Shown: positions 8,514 through 17,608, numbered from the stretch's first letter. The stretch is 39,898 nucleotides of DNA from a virus (IMGVR_UViG_3300027804_000105:1-39898); one strand, 5' to 3'. Notes: generated by a model from the sequence alone, not told the origin. Numbers and translations are program-made.

Positions 8514-10139
8514 TTAGTATCCTCGTTTGCCCGTGATGACACGGGGCTTTTGATCGCCGATGTGGTAAATGCCGGTGATGGCAGCGTAACGCAAGCAGTC
8601 GATTGGGTCTTTCCATGCCTCTTCGTAGCCGCCCTCGCCCGTGTAAAGTTGCAACGCCGAAATTGTGTTCTCGCACTCACTGCTGATGTAAAAATGCGGA
8701 TGATTCATGGAGTCCCGCCGCTTCCTCCGGTCGTAAGCCATTTTCGTCTGCAAAGCCTGCAACCCATCCTCAATGTCCAAGGCCGGCGCCGGCAGGAAAA
8801 TCAGGTCTTGGTCGGCAAGGTCTTCGATGATGGATGAGGCGCCGCTTTCCTTCATGTATTTCGTCTGCCCCAGCCGAGGGTCAATGATTCGCTCGTGAAT
8901 CACCTCGCCCGGCATGTTTTCCAGCGACCGAATCAGCGCCGCATACTCCCCGATGCCGTAACCACGTCCACGGGAGCCCGGACCGGAGATGAAGTCGCCG
9001 TTTTTCTCCACCGCCCACTCCCCAACGTCCACGCCCGGCCATTCCCGGTAAACCCAGAACGTCCCCTCTTCATCTACGGCAATCCAAACCATGAACCAGT
9101 TCTTACGCCCCGCCGGATCAAGCACCATGTAGCGGGTAACGCCCTTGGTGGGTATGTCCGACGGCTTAACCACGTTCACTTCCGTTGAAAAGCAGGGGAA
9201 AGGCGTCTCAAACATCGCCGTAGGCACCCCATAGGCTGCCGTCAGCGTGTAATCGGCGTCCCCCTTGCTTTTGCATTGCTCAACAATGGTTTCATAGCCG
9301 CTCCAAGGGTTGTCCTTGCTGTGAAAGTAGATGATGGCCGTGTTGCGGCTCTCGTTTTTCTGGATGTAGGGCACTTCGCAGTCCTTGCGGCCATGCAAAA
9401 CCCGCATCAACTCCGCATCCCGCTTCTCCACCGTTTCACAACCCTTCAGGAAATACTTCACCGTCTCCGTAATGCCGTCCTTTGGGGTAAAGGTAACGAG
9501 CAATTTAGCGTTACGGGTAGCCAAACGCAGGTAGAGGCGGTCAATTAGCTCCATACCCAGCAAATACTCGTCCAGCCATGCTCCGATGTTGATCCACTGG
9601 GCATCCCTAGCCCCCAACTGCATACCTTCAAGGATGGTTTGGTTTTGCTGGAACTGGGTGTAGAACTTGAAGACGATTCGGGAACCGTTCGGAAGCACCA
9701 GAGCATTGCCCGTAAAGCCGTTTTGGCTGCTGTAACTGATGTGAGTGACGCTCTCCGTCCTTTTGACCTTTAATTCAGCCGGAAGGGCTAGGTAAATGGC
9801 CGGCTGCTGAACCAGCAAAGACGTTTCCTCTGTCTGGCTAAAGCAGTAAATCAGGCTTCCGGGGTTTTCCGTTGCCGCCCTAACCACGGCCCTAGCTCCG
9901 TAACTCGTTTTCGCGGAGCGGTTAGCACCGAAGAGCAACAGTGTCCGATACTTATGAAACCATTCATCGGCCCGCTTCCAATGGTCTAGGACAAACCCAT
10001 ACCGATAGGGGTCGCGCTCCGCGTTGGCAATGGACTCGTGGTAAGCCTTGTGAACCGCAAGCAGCTCCTCCGGCTCCATCAACGCCACCTCCTCGTCCGT
10101 CGGAGGCTTCAACAACTCATGTCGCTTCCAAGTAAGCAT
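8514..10139 (-). CDS. terL: Terminase large subunit
   Basis: Walker A-like GANRSAKT, Walker B WLDE, coupling motif TFTP, nuclease VLDP and D..DCLRY. Probable start MLTWKRH at 10139. Confidence 0.92.
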   Translation of the reverse strand: MLTWKRHELLKPPTDEEVALMEPEELLAVHKAYHESIANAERDPYRYGFVLDHWKRADEWFHKYRTLLLFGANRSAKTSYGARAVVRAATENPGSLIYCFSQTEETSLLVQQPAIYLALPAELKVKRTESVTHISYSSQNGFTGNALVLPNGSRIVFKFYTQFQQNQTILEGMQLGARDAQWINIGAWLDEYLLGMELIDRLYLRLATRNAKLLVTFTPKDGITETVKYFLKGCETVEKRDAELMRVLHGRKDCEVPYIQKNESRNTAIIYFHSKDNPWSGYETIVEQCKSKGDADYTLTAAYGVPTAMFETPFPCFSTEVNVVKPSDIPTKGVTRYMVLDPAGRKNWFMVWIAVDEEGTFWVYREWPGVDVGEWAVEKNGDFISGPGSRGRGYGIGEYAALIRSLENMPGEVIHERIIDPRLGQTKYMKESGASSIIEDLADQDLIFLPAPALDIEDGLQALQTKMAYDRRKRRDSMNHPHFYISSECENTISALQLYTGEGGYEEAWKDPIDCLRYAAITGIYHIGDQKPRVITGKRGY

Positions 10140-10423
10140 CAAATAAGAGATTCGTAGATAACTGAAAATGCTTTGCTTTCTGTAATTTCTGTTCCGTCCC
10201 CAACCTTTACAAAAACCAAATCGCGCTCGTGGTATCCCCATTCGCCCTTTGAAAGACAATTGGTATCTTGGCTGAATGCCGTTGGCCCCCACCAAGCAAA
10301 TCCCTCGGGGTCTTTACCCATGTAAAAACCAAACGACAGTGAACCGTTCGCTCTCGCCGCATAAAGCCCGCCCTTGTCGCCCAAATCGTCATACCGATAC
10401 CACTTACCTACTTCGTTTTTCAT
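10139..10423 (-). CDS. Hypothetical protein
   Basis: 94 aa, overlaps neighbouring starts/stops, lower GC. Confidence 0.55.
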   Translation of the reverse strand: MKNEVGKWYRYDDLGDKGGLYAARANGSLSFGFYMGKDPEGFAWWGPTAFSQDTNCLSKGEWGYHERDLVFVKVGDGTEITESKAFSVIYESLI

Positions 10424-10620
10424 TTAAGCGTCTTTCCCCGGATGTAACCGGCATACCCAAGTTTCCCATCACCCCAAAGCGTCCTTACCCGCTCCCACTC
10501 ACCCTCCCTGCCGTTGGCCGTCTCCCATTCCAACGCAGCAAAGCCCTCCGCCAGCTCGGCAGCCTCTTCCCCCTGCTCATAGGAGGTTGTCCATGAAATG
10601 CGGCGTTCCTTAGCCTTCAC
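10420..10620 (-). CDS. Hypothetical protein
   Basis: 66 aa, translationally coupled. Confidence 0.5.
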   Translation of the reverse strand: MKAKERRISWTTSYEQGEEAAELAEGFAALEWETANGREGEWERVRTLWGDGKLGYAGYIRGKTLK

Positions 10621-11221
10621 TCTTCACCTCCTCAACCACAACCTCCACCGCAGCCGTTTCCTTGCGTTTACGGGCCTTTTCCTTCGCCGCCTCGATGAAC
10701 TTGTGCGCATCCTCCAACGTCGTCCCAATTACCCGCACGTCATGCGTCATCCTATTGGTCTCCCCCGTCGCATCCCGGTTCTTGTCCAGCGCCACCCCAT
10801 AAGCCACCATCAAATCCCTCAAATTCGTATTCCTCAACTGCTCCGGATCATCCGCCAACTGCTGCATCTTCTCCATCGCCAGCATCCGGCTACTCTCCGC
10901 CAACTGCAAAGCCCCCTGCGCAATTTCCCGCTTCCGCTCCGCCAACGCCTCCGGGTGCCGACTACGCAACGCTGCCAAGTCATGCAGGCTCAACCCCGTC
11001 TTCTTCTGGACGTGCTTCAAGCTCTTCCCCTCCGCCATCAAGTCCAAAGCCAAAGCCGCCTTCGCCGGACTCTTTTCCTCAACGACAGCACGCCCATCGC
11101 CCGTCCCCAAGGCCGTCATTATCGACTCCGCTACCACGGCACTCGAACGCCCACCAAAGCCCGCATTTCGCACGGAAGCCGCCTCTGCCGCCGCGTGTTG
11201 AGTCCTGTCGTCGTTTTGCAT
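10610..11221 (-). CDS. Putative terminase small subunit
   Basis: 203 aa with an HTH-like segment (GKSLKHVQKKTGLS) and a helical core, upstream of TerL. Confidence 0.65.
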   Translation of the reverse strand: MQNDDRTQHAAAEAASVRNAGFGGRSSAVVAESIMTALGTGDGRAVVEEKSPAKAALALDLMAEGKSLKHVQKKTGLSLHDLAALRSRHPEALAERKREIAQGALQLAESSRMLAMEKMQQLADDPEQLRNTNLRDLMVAYGVALDKNRDATGETNRMTHDVRVIGTTLEDAHKFIEAAKEKARKRKETAAVEVVVEEVKSEG

Positions 11222-11229
11222 AGGTTTTC

Positions 11230-11502
11230 TCAGGAATTGCTTTTTAGTCCATGCACCTCAAGCCAAAAAAGAGACGGCAACGCCCCAGCGTTAATTGCCT
11301 GCTGATGGGCGTGCCACTTTGAGACAAAGCTCCTGAGATTTACCCCATTTGGAACCGAGCACCCCGTTCCACTAAAAAACATACGACGCAGCTCACTCCT
11401 TGTCTGCCGCTTCCTGACCGACCGGCGAATCTCATCAACGTATGGCTCGTAACGAATAGCCGCGCCCTGCGCGTTGTTGCCGTTGTCGTTAGTCGTTTCC
11501 AT
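11230..11502 (-). CDS. Hypothetical protein
   Basis: 90 aa, first ORF of the leftward operon. Confidence 0.45.
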   Translation of the reverse strand: METTNDNGNNAQGAAIRYEPYVDEIRRSVRKRQTRSELRRMFFSGTGCSVPNGVNLRSFVSKWHAHQQAINAGALPSLFWLEVHGLKSNS

Positions 11503-11825
11503 GAGCTTCTAAGAAAAGACCAACAACCTACCCCGAACACGTCAACCCCCTTTTTATCTCCAATTTTAAAACCCTACCCCACCCCTATTTACATCTTTCT
11601 ACAAACTTTCTCAAAAAAAAGGCTTGCCAACTTCCCCGTAGGGCTAAATAACGCTACCATACGGTTGCACGAGACGGCAGGCACTGCCGACATCGGCAAG
11701 GCGAGGCGGGAGCCGGTAAGCCTTCCACTTACACAGTATGAGCCCTTTTTGAGACTATTTTTTACGGGGCAGTGAACTACTCACCCAAGTAACCGAGCAG
11801 GCTCGGCGTGATCCCCCCCCCGCCA

Positions 11826-11993
11826 CTACCTAGGGAAACACACTCATGGCGAACTACGGAGTGGCAATTACCTAGGCAAAACACCCTAGGTATCCCTACT
11901 CAGTGGAATCTACCCAGGGTAAACTCCCTAAGTATGGCTACCTAGTGGAACATACCTAGTGTAAACACCCTAGGTAGTAGCACCTAGGGCTGG
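11826..11993. repeat. 12 x 14-bp degenerate tandem array, consensus about CTACCTAGKGNAAN
   Basis: CCTAG at 11829, 11871, 11885, 11941, 11955, 11969 and 11983, with variants at 11843, 11857, 11899, 11913 and 11927, all in an exact 14-bp register. Confidence 0.88.
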
Positions 11994-12456
11994 GCGCTGG
12001 TGAAATAATTTGGGGGAGAGTGTAACTTTTTCGCCTGCCGTCCGTCTTGCTGAGCGGCTAAGCGAAGCACAGTCGTGTTGTGCCGTGGTTGTCGGCGTAG
12101 TGGGCCGTAACGAGCTGCGACTAGCAGCGAGAACGGCGTAAACACTGAGAGCACGCACTCTATCAGCCCAACAGTAAACACGTGCAGGCGAGCGCAGCGA
12201 GCCCACGTGCCTACCACGTGCTCCCTCACAACTCCCCGTAAGAAAAACATACCCCTTTTACTCGCATCAACACATACAAATACGTAGATGCGTTCATTCT
12301 CAGCAGGCTTGGAGGGGGTTGGTAGTCCCGGACGAAGTCAAAAGCAAACAGGGAGGGGCGGGCGGGGGGGTGGATGAGCTGGGGTGATAAGCGAGGCAGT
12401 CGGGCTGTGTGCCTGAGAATTTGTCGAAAGAGTGAGAGAATGGGTAAAACACCCTA

Positions 12457-12485
12457 TTGTGAGGAATGGCGGGTTGTGGTAGGGT
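12457..12485 (+). promoter_or_regulatory. Putative early sigma70-type promoter
   Basis: TTGTGA-17 nt-TAGGGT with an extended TG, upstream of the first rightward ORF. Confidence 0.45.
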
Positions 12486-12525
12486 AGTGGCGTAGTAGAG
12501 AGCACAAGGAACAGAAATTTATCCC

Positions 12526-12732
12526 ATGAAATTCACCCAATACCTTGCCCAATGGCATGCTGGCCGCAGGACCATCACCGTTATCAACCGAGCTGAATCG
12601 AAAGCGTGGATGATTTTTCAGGAAAGCGGTGCGAGGAGTCGGGCAAGCGAGCCGCGCGTCCTATCCCCCGAGGATATGGCGGGATTTGAGAAATTCCTGG
12701 CAGCAACCTGCGAGCGCCACGATCACGATTGA
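12526..12732 (+). CDS. Hypothetical early protein
   Basis: 68 aa, first rightward ORF. Confidence 0.55.
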   Translation: MKFTQYLAQWHAGRRTITVINRAESKAWMIFQESGARSRASEPRVLSPEDMAGFEKFLAATCERHDHD

Positions 12733-12776
12733 GAAGAGAGCAACACACACAACTAACAACAGAGGAGAAACAGATA

Positions 12777-13112
12777 ATGAAAACCAACACCGTAGAACTC
12801 GCCGTGCATCTGGCACGGCTTGCCCCGAGTCGGCCGGCGCACTTGATCGCAGAGGATGCGGACACGTTCCGCAAGCTCGCTATGCGGGCCAAGCGTAACG
12901 CGGAGAACTACTGCAACGGTTACGTTGAGCAGGTTGCGTATGACAAGCGGGTGAATTCGATTCACCGCGCCGTTGCGGGTGCTGTTGAGCCATACGCCGA
13001 TTTGTCTGCCACGATTGGCGGCGATCCGCGCGGCTGTTGCTTTTACCTCAAACACTCGAAACTGCCCGGCAATACCTGGGGCGGGGCCGGGTCTGGGTTT
13101 GGGGTTTGGTAG
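12777..13112 (+). CDS. Hypothetical early protein
   Basis: AGGAG ribosome-binding site then MKTNTVEL; contains a GDPRG motif common in phage early proteins. Confidence 0.7.
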   Translation: MKTNTVELAVHLARLAPSRPAHLIAEDADTFRKLAMRAKRNAENYCNGYVEQVAYDKRVNSIHRAVAGAVEPYADLSATIGGDPRGCCFYLKHSKLPGNTWGGAGSGFGVW

Positions 13113-13163
13113 TGTTGTGTGCCTAGCCCGGGCTTCTCTCCACGGGGAGGGCGGCCCTTTGCT

Positions 13164-13460
13164 ATGCAAACAACAAAAGACGACAGAAACGAAGAGCAGA
13201 AACGCACGCACTACCTCGCCGTTGTGGCAAAGGACAAGTGTATGAGCGGATGGGGAGGGGCGGGCGGGGGGGCTAGCCGTTGCGCCTGGGCCATAAGCCC
13301 CGAGCAAGACGCGCACGCTCTGCTTGAGTGGGTGCGGGCTCGCAGTGATATGCGGTTTGTCAACCTCGTCGATCTTAGGGCGTATCGTTGCCCGCGTGGA
13401 ACGGCGCATTTTCACGTTTACGTTGCGGGGCCGACGCATCCCGCGTTCTCCGGTCGCTAG
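13164..13460 (+). CDS. Hypothetical early protein
   Basis: Start MQTTKDD; D..MSGWGGA.GG.S..AWA motif seen in phage hypotheticals. Confidence 0.7.
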   Translation: MQTTKDDRNEEQKRTHYLAVVAKDKCMSGWGGAGGGASRCAWAISPEQDAHALLEWVRARSDMRFVNLVDLRAYRCPRGTAHFHVYVAGPTHPAFSGR

Positions 13461-13510
13461 GTTTCATCGCGCTCCCCTTGCTAGGGTGGCGCCATTGAAC
13501 CCTTGAACCT

Positions 13511-13729
13511 ATGAAAGACACCCGTTCGCTAGTCCGCTCTGCAATGCTTCGCGCATCTGATTCGCCGGAAAAACTCCGTGCGGGTGATGCGTGGCGAGTT
13601 TATGATGCGGCCCTAGGGTTTGGAGTTGTTTCCGAAGTGAAGGAATCCTTGCGCAACGCTAACCCGGCCGCGTTCGCAGCAATGTGCGAATACGAGGCTG
13701 AAGAGATCACGGCATCCCTGAACCTATGA
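13511..13729 (+). CDS. Hypothetical protein
   Basis: 72 aa ORF in the early cluster. Confidence 0.55.
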   Translation: MKDTRSLVRSAMLRASDSPEKLRAGDAWRVYDAALGFGVVSEVKESLRNANPAAFAAMCEYEAEEITASLNL

Positions 13730-13886
13730 AAACACGAATTGAAGTAACATCCTGCGAACGCCGATTCCCTTCGGGGCTTTGGTCTGTGACCGCGCTTATT
13801 GACGGATATTTCCGCACCTATCGGACCGACGTCCGGACTAAGCGCGAAGCCATTCGCGACGCCAAAGCCTACTTTGGCTCTAACCC

Positions 13887-14081
13887 ATGAACCCAACACC
13901 TGTCAAAACTTACTACGTTTTCGGCTACACGGACCGATTTCGCCAAAATGGATTCCCAGCGTGCGACGGGCCGCTTGGATTTGAGGAGGCTTGCGCCCTC
14001 CTTGAGCGTTTGCACGAGCTGGGATTTGGCTACTGCAACGAGGCCGGCCGCTTCGGGTGGATGGAGGAGGTTGCCCGATGA
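13887..14081 (+). CDS. Hypothetical protein
   Basis: 64 aa ORF in the early cluster. Confidence 0.5.
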   Translation: MNPTPVKTYYVFGYTDRFRQNGFPACDGPLGFEEACALLERLHELGFGYCNEAGRFGWMEEVAR

Positions 14082-14386
14082 GAAGCGTTTACCAGCTCAC
14101 GGACTCGGGATGGGTCCGCGTGCGGACGTGTGCCTCCTTCGATCATGCTTGCCGCGTTGCGCGCGAGCTATGGGCGGAAACCGGGGTTGAGCATTGCGTG
14201 AACACTTGAAGCCATGAATGAACCAACACCCTTTGAACTGCTAGCCGCAGAGAACGAAGACCTGCGGGCCAAACTAGAACTTGCAGAGGAGCGAGCTTTC
14301 TATCAGGCGGCACGCATTGCACGCTTGGAAGCTGAATTGCGCGCGGCCCTCTCAGCTCAAGCGACCAAGGCAAACCATTCTAACCT

Positions 14387-15022
14387 ATGAAAACAAAACA
14401 AATGACAGACCTCTGCGCGGCAGTAACCGGCCGCGCCCTTACCTTCGACTGCGGGGGGGAAATCCCGCTTGAAAGCAAAATCGGCGTCTTTCGCGAGGGA
14501 TACCCGCCTGGTGTTGCGAGGTATCCGCACTTCGTCTGGGCGACGCCGAAAGACGAGGACAACGTAATGCGCTCCTTTATCACGGCGTTTTGTTCCAAAT
14601 ACAAGGAGCCGGACCCGGAGACGTATTTCGACTACGATGGTAAGCCGTCGTTCGATCGACATGCCGCAGAGTGGAATGACCCGAAAAAGCGGCACCTCTC
14701 GAGTTGCTGGCATCACCACGCGGGGCATATGCTTTCCAAGGAAAAACTACGGTCGCAGATTGAGGCCGGGTTTGCGCGCATGACGCCGGGGCAGTTTTCG
14801 CTCTGTTTCTATCCCGCCAATTACGGCATCGGCATTTTCAGCCTCTTCGGCGGGAAGTGGATTGACGAAAGCATTGCGGCAATGGCGCAGCACCTTCGGG
14901 CAAACGCCATTCCGTTTCGGAATGAGCTTTCGGAAAAGCATTGGGTCACGCGATTCGTCATCGGGGCGACACGGGAAGCGCACGCTGCGCTTTTGTCGGG
15001 TTACAGGCCGGAGGCCGCATGA
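14387..15022 (+). CDS. Hypothetical protein
   Basis: 211 aa, coding-like composition. Confidence 0.7.
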   Translation: MKTKQMTDLCAAVTGRALTFDCGGEIPLESKIGVFREGYPPGVARYPHFVWATPKDEDNVMRSFITAFCSKYKEPDPETYFDYDGKPSFDRHAAEWNDPKKRHLSSCWHHHAGHMLSKEKLRSQIEAGFARMTPGQFSLCFYPANYGIGIFSLFGGKWIDESIAAMAQHLRANAIPFRNELSEKHWVTRFVIGATREAHAALLSGYRPEAA

Positions 15023-15155
15023 CAAACCTCGATTTGATGATCGCCATACAACGCGCACGGGAGGCCGGCTTTGTCGGCATGGCCCTTGCGCTTGAAACCA
15101 TCCTTCGGAATAGAATTAAGGCGAACAGTAACTTACAGATAGGAGATAAACAAAC

Positions 15156-15449
15156 ATGAAAACACTACTTGATCAGGAAACCGCCATTGCAAACGCGTTG
15201 GCTGAAATGGCTAGTCCCGACATGGCGCCAAGGGGAGTAAGCAACTTCGCCTTCGGCGTGTCGTGGAACAGCTCAACGCAAACCTTCCTTTGGAGCGTTT
15301 CGGGGTTTGTCGGGCCGGAAGAGGCCCCTAGCTTTCATCACGGCTCGGGGCGATGCCTTGGCCTGGCCTTTCAGGCATTCGAGGCCGACGTGGAGCGGAA
15401 GAACAACCAACTTCGGGCCGCATTTGCGGCGATGGAGGCTCGCAAATGA
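15156..15449 (+). CDS. Hypothetical protein
   Basis: AGGAG ribosome-binding site, 97 aa. Confidence 0.65.
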   Translation: MKTLLDQETAIANALAEMASPDMAPRGVSNFAFGVSWNSSTQTFLWSVSGFVGPEEAPSFHHGSGRCLGLAFQAFEADVERKNNQLRAAFAAMEARK

Positions 15450-15545
15450 GCCCCGTGCGCGCAACCCTCGGCCTCGTGTTGGCCTGCTTGGGGGCCGTCG
15501 TGTATGCCCTCCTGGATCGCAATAACCAGCACGGGGAGGGTGACG

Positions 15546-15800
15546 ATGAGTAAGACGTGCCCAACCTGCGGGCAGTTGATGCCCGGGCTTCCTTCGGCCC
15601 GCAGGGGACGCCCGCCGGTTCGCCATCCGGCTTGCGCCCGTGCCTTTGAAAACCAACGCGAGGCCGAGCGTATGCGTCGCAACCGTTCGGAAGTGAATAC
15701 GAGACGCGAAAGGCTTGACCTTTGGCATCAAATCCGGTCTTTTCTTTATCAGCCAACGGCAAGTCCGCTTGAGCTTTTGATGCTTTCGGAAGAGGAATGA
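15546..15800 (+). CDS. Small Zn-ribbon protein
   Basis: Start MSKTCPTCGQ after GGAGG; RRGRPP motif and HPAC. Confidence 0.6.
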   Translation: MSKTCPTCGQLMPGLPSARRGRPPVRHPACARAFENQREAERMRRNRSEVNTRRERLDLWHQIRSFLYQPTASPLELLMLSEEE

Positions 15801-15826
15801 AATGCAAGCCGCAGCTCAAACTACCT

Positions 15827-16096
15827 ATGAAAACACAGGAAACGAAACCGGAAATGACGGCTCCATTGGCTCTGGCGCCTTGTTCGGCCGCAGCAGCAAC
15901 AATGTTCGGCCGCACGATCTTGGTTGGAGACTACGTGCATGTGCGATTCCCGTGGGGCCGTTTTTACGGAGAAATGGAGGGCACCGTGCTGGAGCTAAAA
16001 CGGTTACGGTGCGGCAAGCACGAGGGGCGCCTTCCGTGCGGTTTGTGGTTTCAAGAATCAGATGAGCTTTTGAATCACAAGCCGAACTCCAAATGA
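15827..16096 (+). CDS. Cassette protein (SH3/KOW-like beta protein)
   Basis: Starts MKTQETKPEM upstream of half site A; ends ...KPNSK* across attC B. Confidence 0.65.
   Translation: MKTQETKPEMTAPLALAPCSAAAATMFGRTILVGDYVHVRFPWGRFYGEMEGTVLELKRLRCGKHEGRLPCGLWFQESDELLNHKPNSK
15866..15888 (-). repeat. attC half site A (R''/L'' arm only)
   Basis: TTGGCTCTGGCGCCTTGTTCGGC; no partner arm found upstream. Confidence 0.7.
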
Positions 16097-16172
16097 TGAA
16101 CCACGCCCAACCAACGCGGCTACGCTTCGCCCCGCCGGCTACGTGGGCGTTGGTTCTGGCGACTTGTTAGTC
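16081..16172 (-). repeat. attC site B
   Basis: GCCGAAC...GAACCACGCCCA / TGGGCGTTGGTTC (one extra T)...GTTAGTC. Confidence 0.85.
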
Positions 16173-16185
16173 ATTCTTCCGAACG

Positions 16186-16317
16186 ATGAAAAAAGCAAAA
16201 AACATGGATGAGGCATGGAAAATCCAAGAAACCTACGAAGGCAAGCCGCACGGCTGGGTGCAGTGGAATGGGACGGTGCTACGCCGAGGAAAAAGACTCT
16301 ATGAAACCAACCGATGA
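16186..16317 (+). pseudogene. Probably truncated cassette gene
   Basis: MKKAKNMDEAWKIQETYEGKPHGWVQWNGT... stops after 43 aa where the left arm of attC C is missing. Confidence 0.45.
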
Positions 16318-16660
16318 AAATAGCGCGGCGGCACAGGCCGTTGCCACTGGGGACTTGTTCTGCGCTTCGCTCGAATGGCACAAGGGGCCGGCCGAGGGCG
16401 GACAGGGCTCCGCAGGAAAGAACGATGACGGAGTTCCGCAGTGGTGGGACGGCGACCGCCTGCTCATCATCGTGGAGACCTGTGCCGGGCGTGAGATGGC
16501 CGTCGTGGACATCAGAGCGGACCAAGAATACTTCGACGTGCGCGATGCCAGCACTGGCGACACCTATGATGCGTGGGAGCCGGAATGCTGGTCGTGGTGG
16601 GCAAAACTCACAAAGCACAATCTTCCGCAGAACGTCAAAGATGAGCCACGCCGCAAATGA
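16301..16660 (+). CDS. Cassette protein, hypothetical
   Basis: Start MKPTDENS; ends ...PQNVKDEPRRK* inside attC D. Confidence 0.7.
   Translation: MKPTDENSAAAQAVATGDLFCASLEWHKGPAEGGQGSAGKNDDGVPQWWDGDRLLIIVETCAGREMAVVDIRADQEYFDVRDASTGDTYDAWEPECWSWWAKLTKHNLPQNVKDEPRRK
16338..16363 (-). repeat. attC half site C (R''/L'' arm only)
   Basis: CCGTTGCCACTGGGGACTTGTTCTGC; its core GTTCTGC is complementary to GCAGAAC at 16627. Confidence 0.7.
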
Positions 16661-16715
16661 GTAACGACACCACCAACCAGCAACCGTCGGCTATGGCTCT
16701 GGCGCCTTGTTCGGC
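16627..16715 (-). repeat. attC site D
   Basis: GCAGAACGTCAAAGATGAGCCA...TGGCTCTGGCGCCTTGTTCGGC. Confidence 0.85.
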
Positions 16716-16721
16716 ATTCTT

Positions 16722-16964
16722 ATGGGCAAAAGACTACCAGTAAACGCGCGCTTTATCGAGCAACCAGCCGAGCTAGTGCTGTGCCTTTCATGCGCGTGGC
16801 AAGGCGATTGGAACTCCCTCAAAACCCAACCATCGCGCCGTGCGCACGCAACCGACGGCCGCGCTAAGTGCCCCCGTTGCAAAACGCCGGGACACTTCAA
16901 AAGGATTGGGCCGAACGGTCGGAGTGAGCCAACGCCGAGGACAGAGCCATTACTTCACCCCTGA
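16722..16964 (+). CDS. Cassette protein, Zn finger (CLSC...CPRC)
   Basis: ATG at 16722; two CxxC pairs; ends ...GPNGRSEPTPRTEPLLHP* inside attC E. Confidence 0.65.
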   Translation: MGKRLPVNARFIEQPAELVLCLSCAWQGDWNSLKTQPSRRAHATDGRAKCPRCKTPGHFKRIGPNGRSEPTPRTEPLLHP

Positions 16965-16998
16965 GACTGTCGGCGTTGGCTCTAATCCGTGGTTGGCC
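16910..16998 (-). repeat. attC site E
   Basis: GCCGAAC...GAGCCAACGCCGA / TCGGCGTTGGCTC...GTTGGCC. Confidence 0.85.
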
Positions 16999-17038
16999 GG
17001 CCGTGGAATTGGTGCCCGAAAATATAATCGAAACACGC

Positions 17039-17066
17039 TTGACGGACTAGGCGCAATGCCTAGTGT
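17039..17066 (+). promoter_or_regulatory. Cassette-internal promoter with overlapping palindromic operator
   Basis: TTGACG-16 nt-TAGTGT; inverted repeat ACTAGGC-N5-GCCTAGT at 17046-17064. Confidence 0.6.
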
Positions 17067-17108
17067 GAGTGTGTCGGAGGCAATGACGCCCGAGACACCT
17101 AAACCAAA

Positions 17109-17300
17109 ATGAAAAACGAAATGATCAAAGCGAAGAGCCTCGAAGCCGCCAAAGCCAACGCCCCCGAGGGAACGCGCTTCGTGCATACCGCCTCGGTGAT
17201 GGATGATTGCGGAACGGGCGGCTTCTGCGGCTACTACTTCACCCCCGAGCAGGAGCGCGAATACAACGACGGAATGGCCCGCATGGCGGAGATGGGATGA
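17109..17300 (+). CDS. Cassette protein, hypothetical
   Basis: 63 aa, ATGA-coupled to the HTH gene. Confidence 0.6.
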   Translation: MKNEMIKAKSLEAAKANAPEGTRFVHTASVMDDCGTGGFCGYYFTPEQEREYNDGMARMAEMG

Positions 17301-17491
17301 GCTCCGACGCCTACAAAGCCGAGCGCGAACGGCGCGGCACGCAAGCGAGCGTTGCCGCGCTCTTGCGCGTCGATCCGCAAACAATCTCCCGCCGCGAGCG
17401 CGGGGAAATCCCCATCACCCACGAAGCCGGGCTTGCTCTTCTTTCGCTCCCGAAGAAACGCAAGCGCCCGCTCAGGCCGGCCAACGTCTAA
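17297..17491 (+). CDS. XRE/Cro-type HTH DNA-binding protein
   Basis: GTQASVAALLRVDPQTISRRERGEIPI matches the HTH_XRE pattern; ends ...PANV* in attC F. Confidence 0.85.
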   Translation: MSSDAYKAERERRGTQASVAALLRVDPQTISRRERGEIPITHEAGLALLSLPKKRKRPLRPANV

Positions 17492-17608
17492 TATGAGCCA
17501 CGCACCCGAATACAATTGCCCGCCCGTGTGCGGGGAATGCCGCCGAGCGCATCGCGGGCCATGCCAGCCAGACCAGCCCGGTGCGTTGGCTCTGGGGACT
17601 GGTTGGAC
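17479..17608 (-). repeat. attC site F
   Basis: GGCCAAC...GAGCCACGCACC / GGTGCGTTGGCTC (extra T)...GTTGGAC. Confidence 0.85.

Noticed and set aside
10140-10295. N-terminal extension of TerL as given in the ORF track
   Set aside because: It overlaps the upstream ORF 10139..10423; ATG at 10139 is the coupled and more plausible start.
13861-13885. Additional attC site near GCCAAAG…CTTTGGCTCTAAC
   Set aside because: A short hairpin only, with no correctly spaced AAC/GTT cores.
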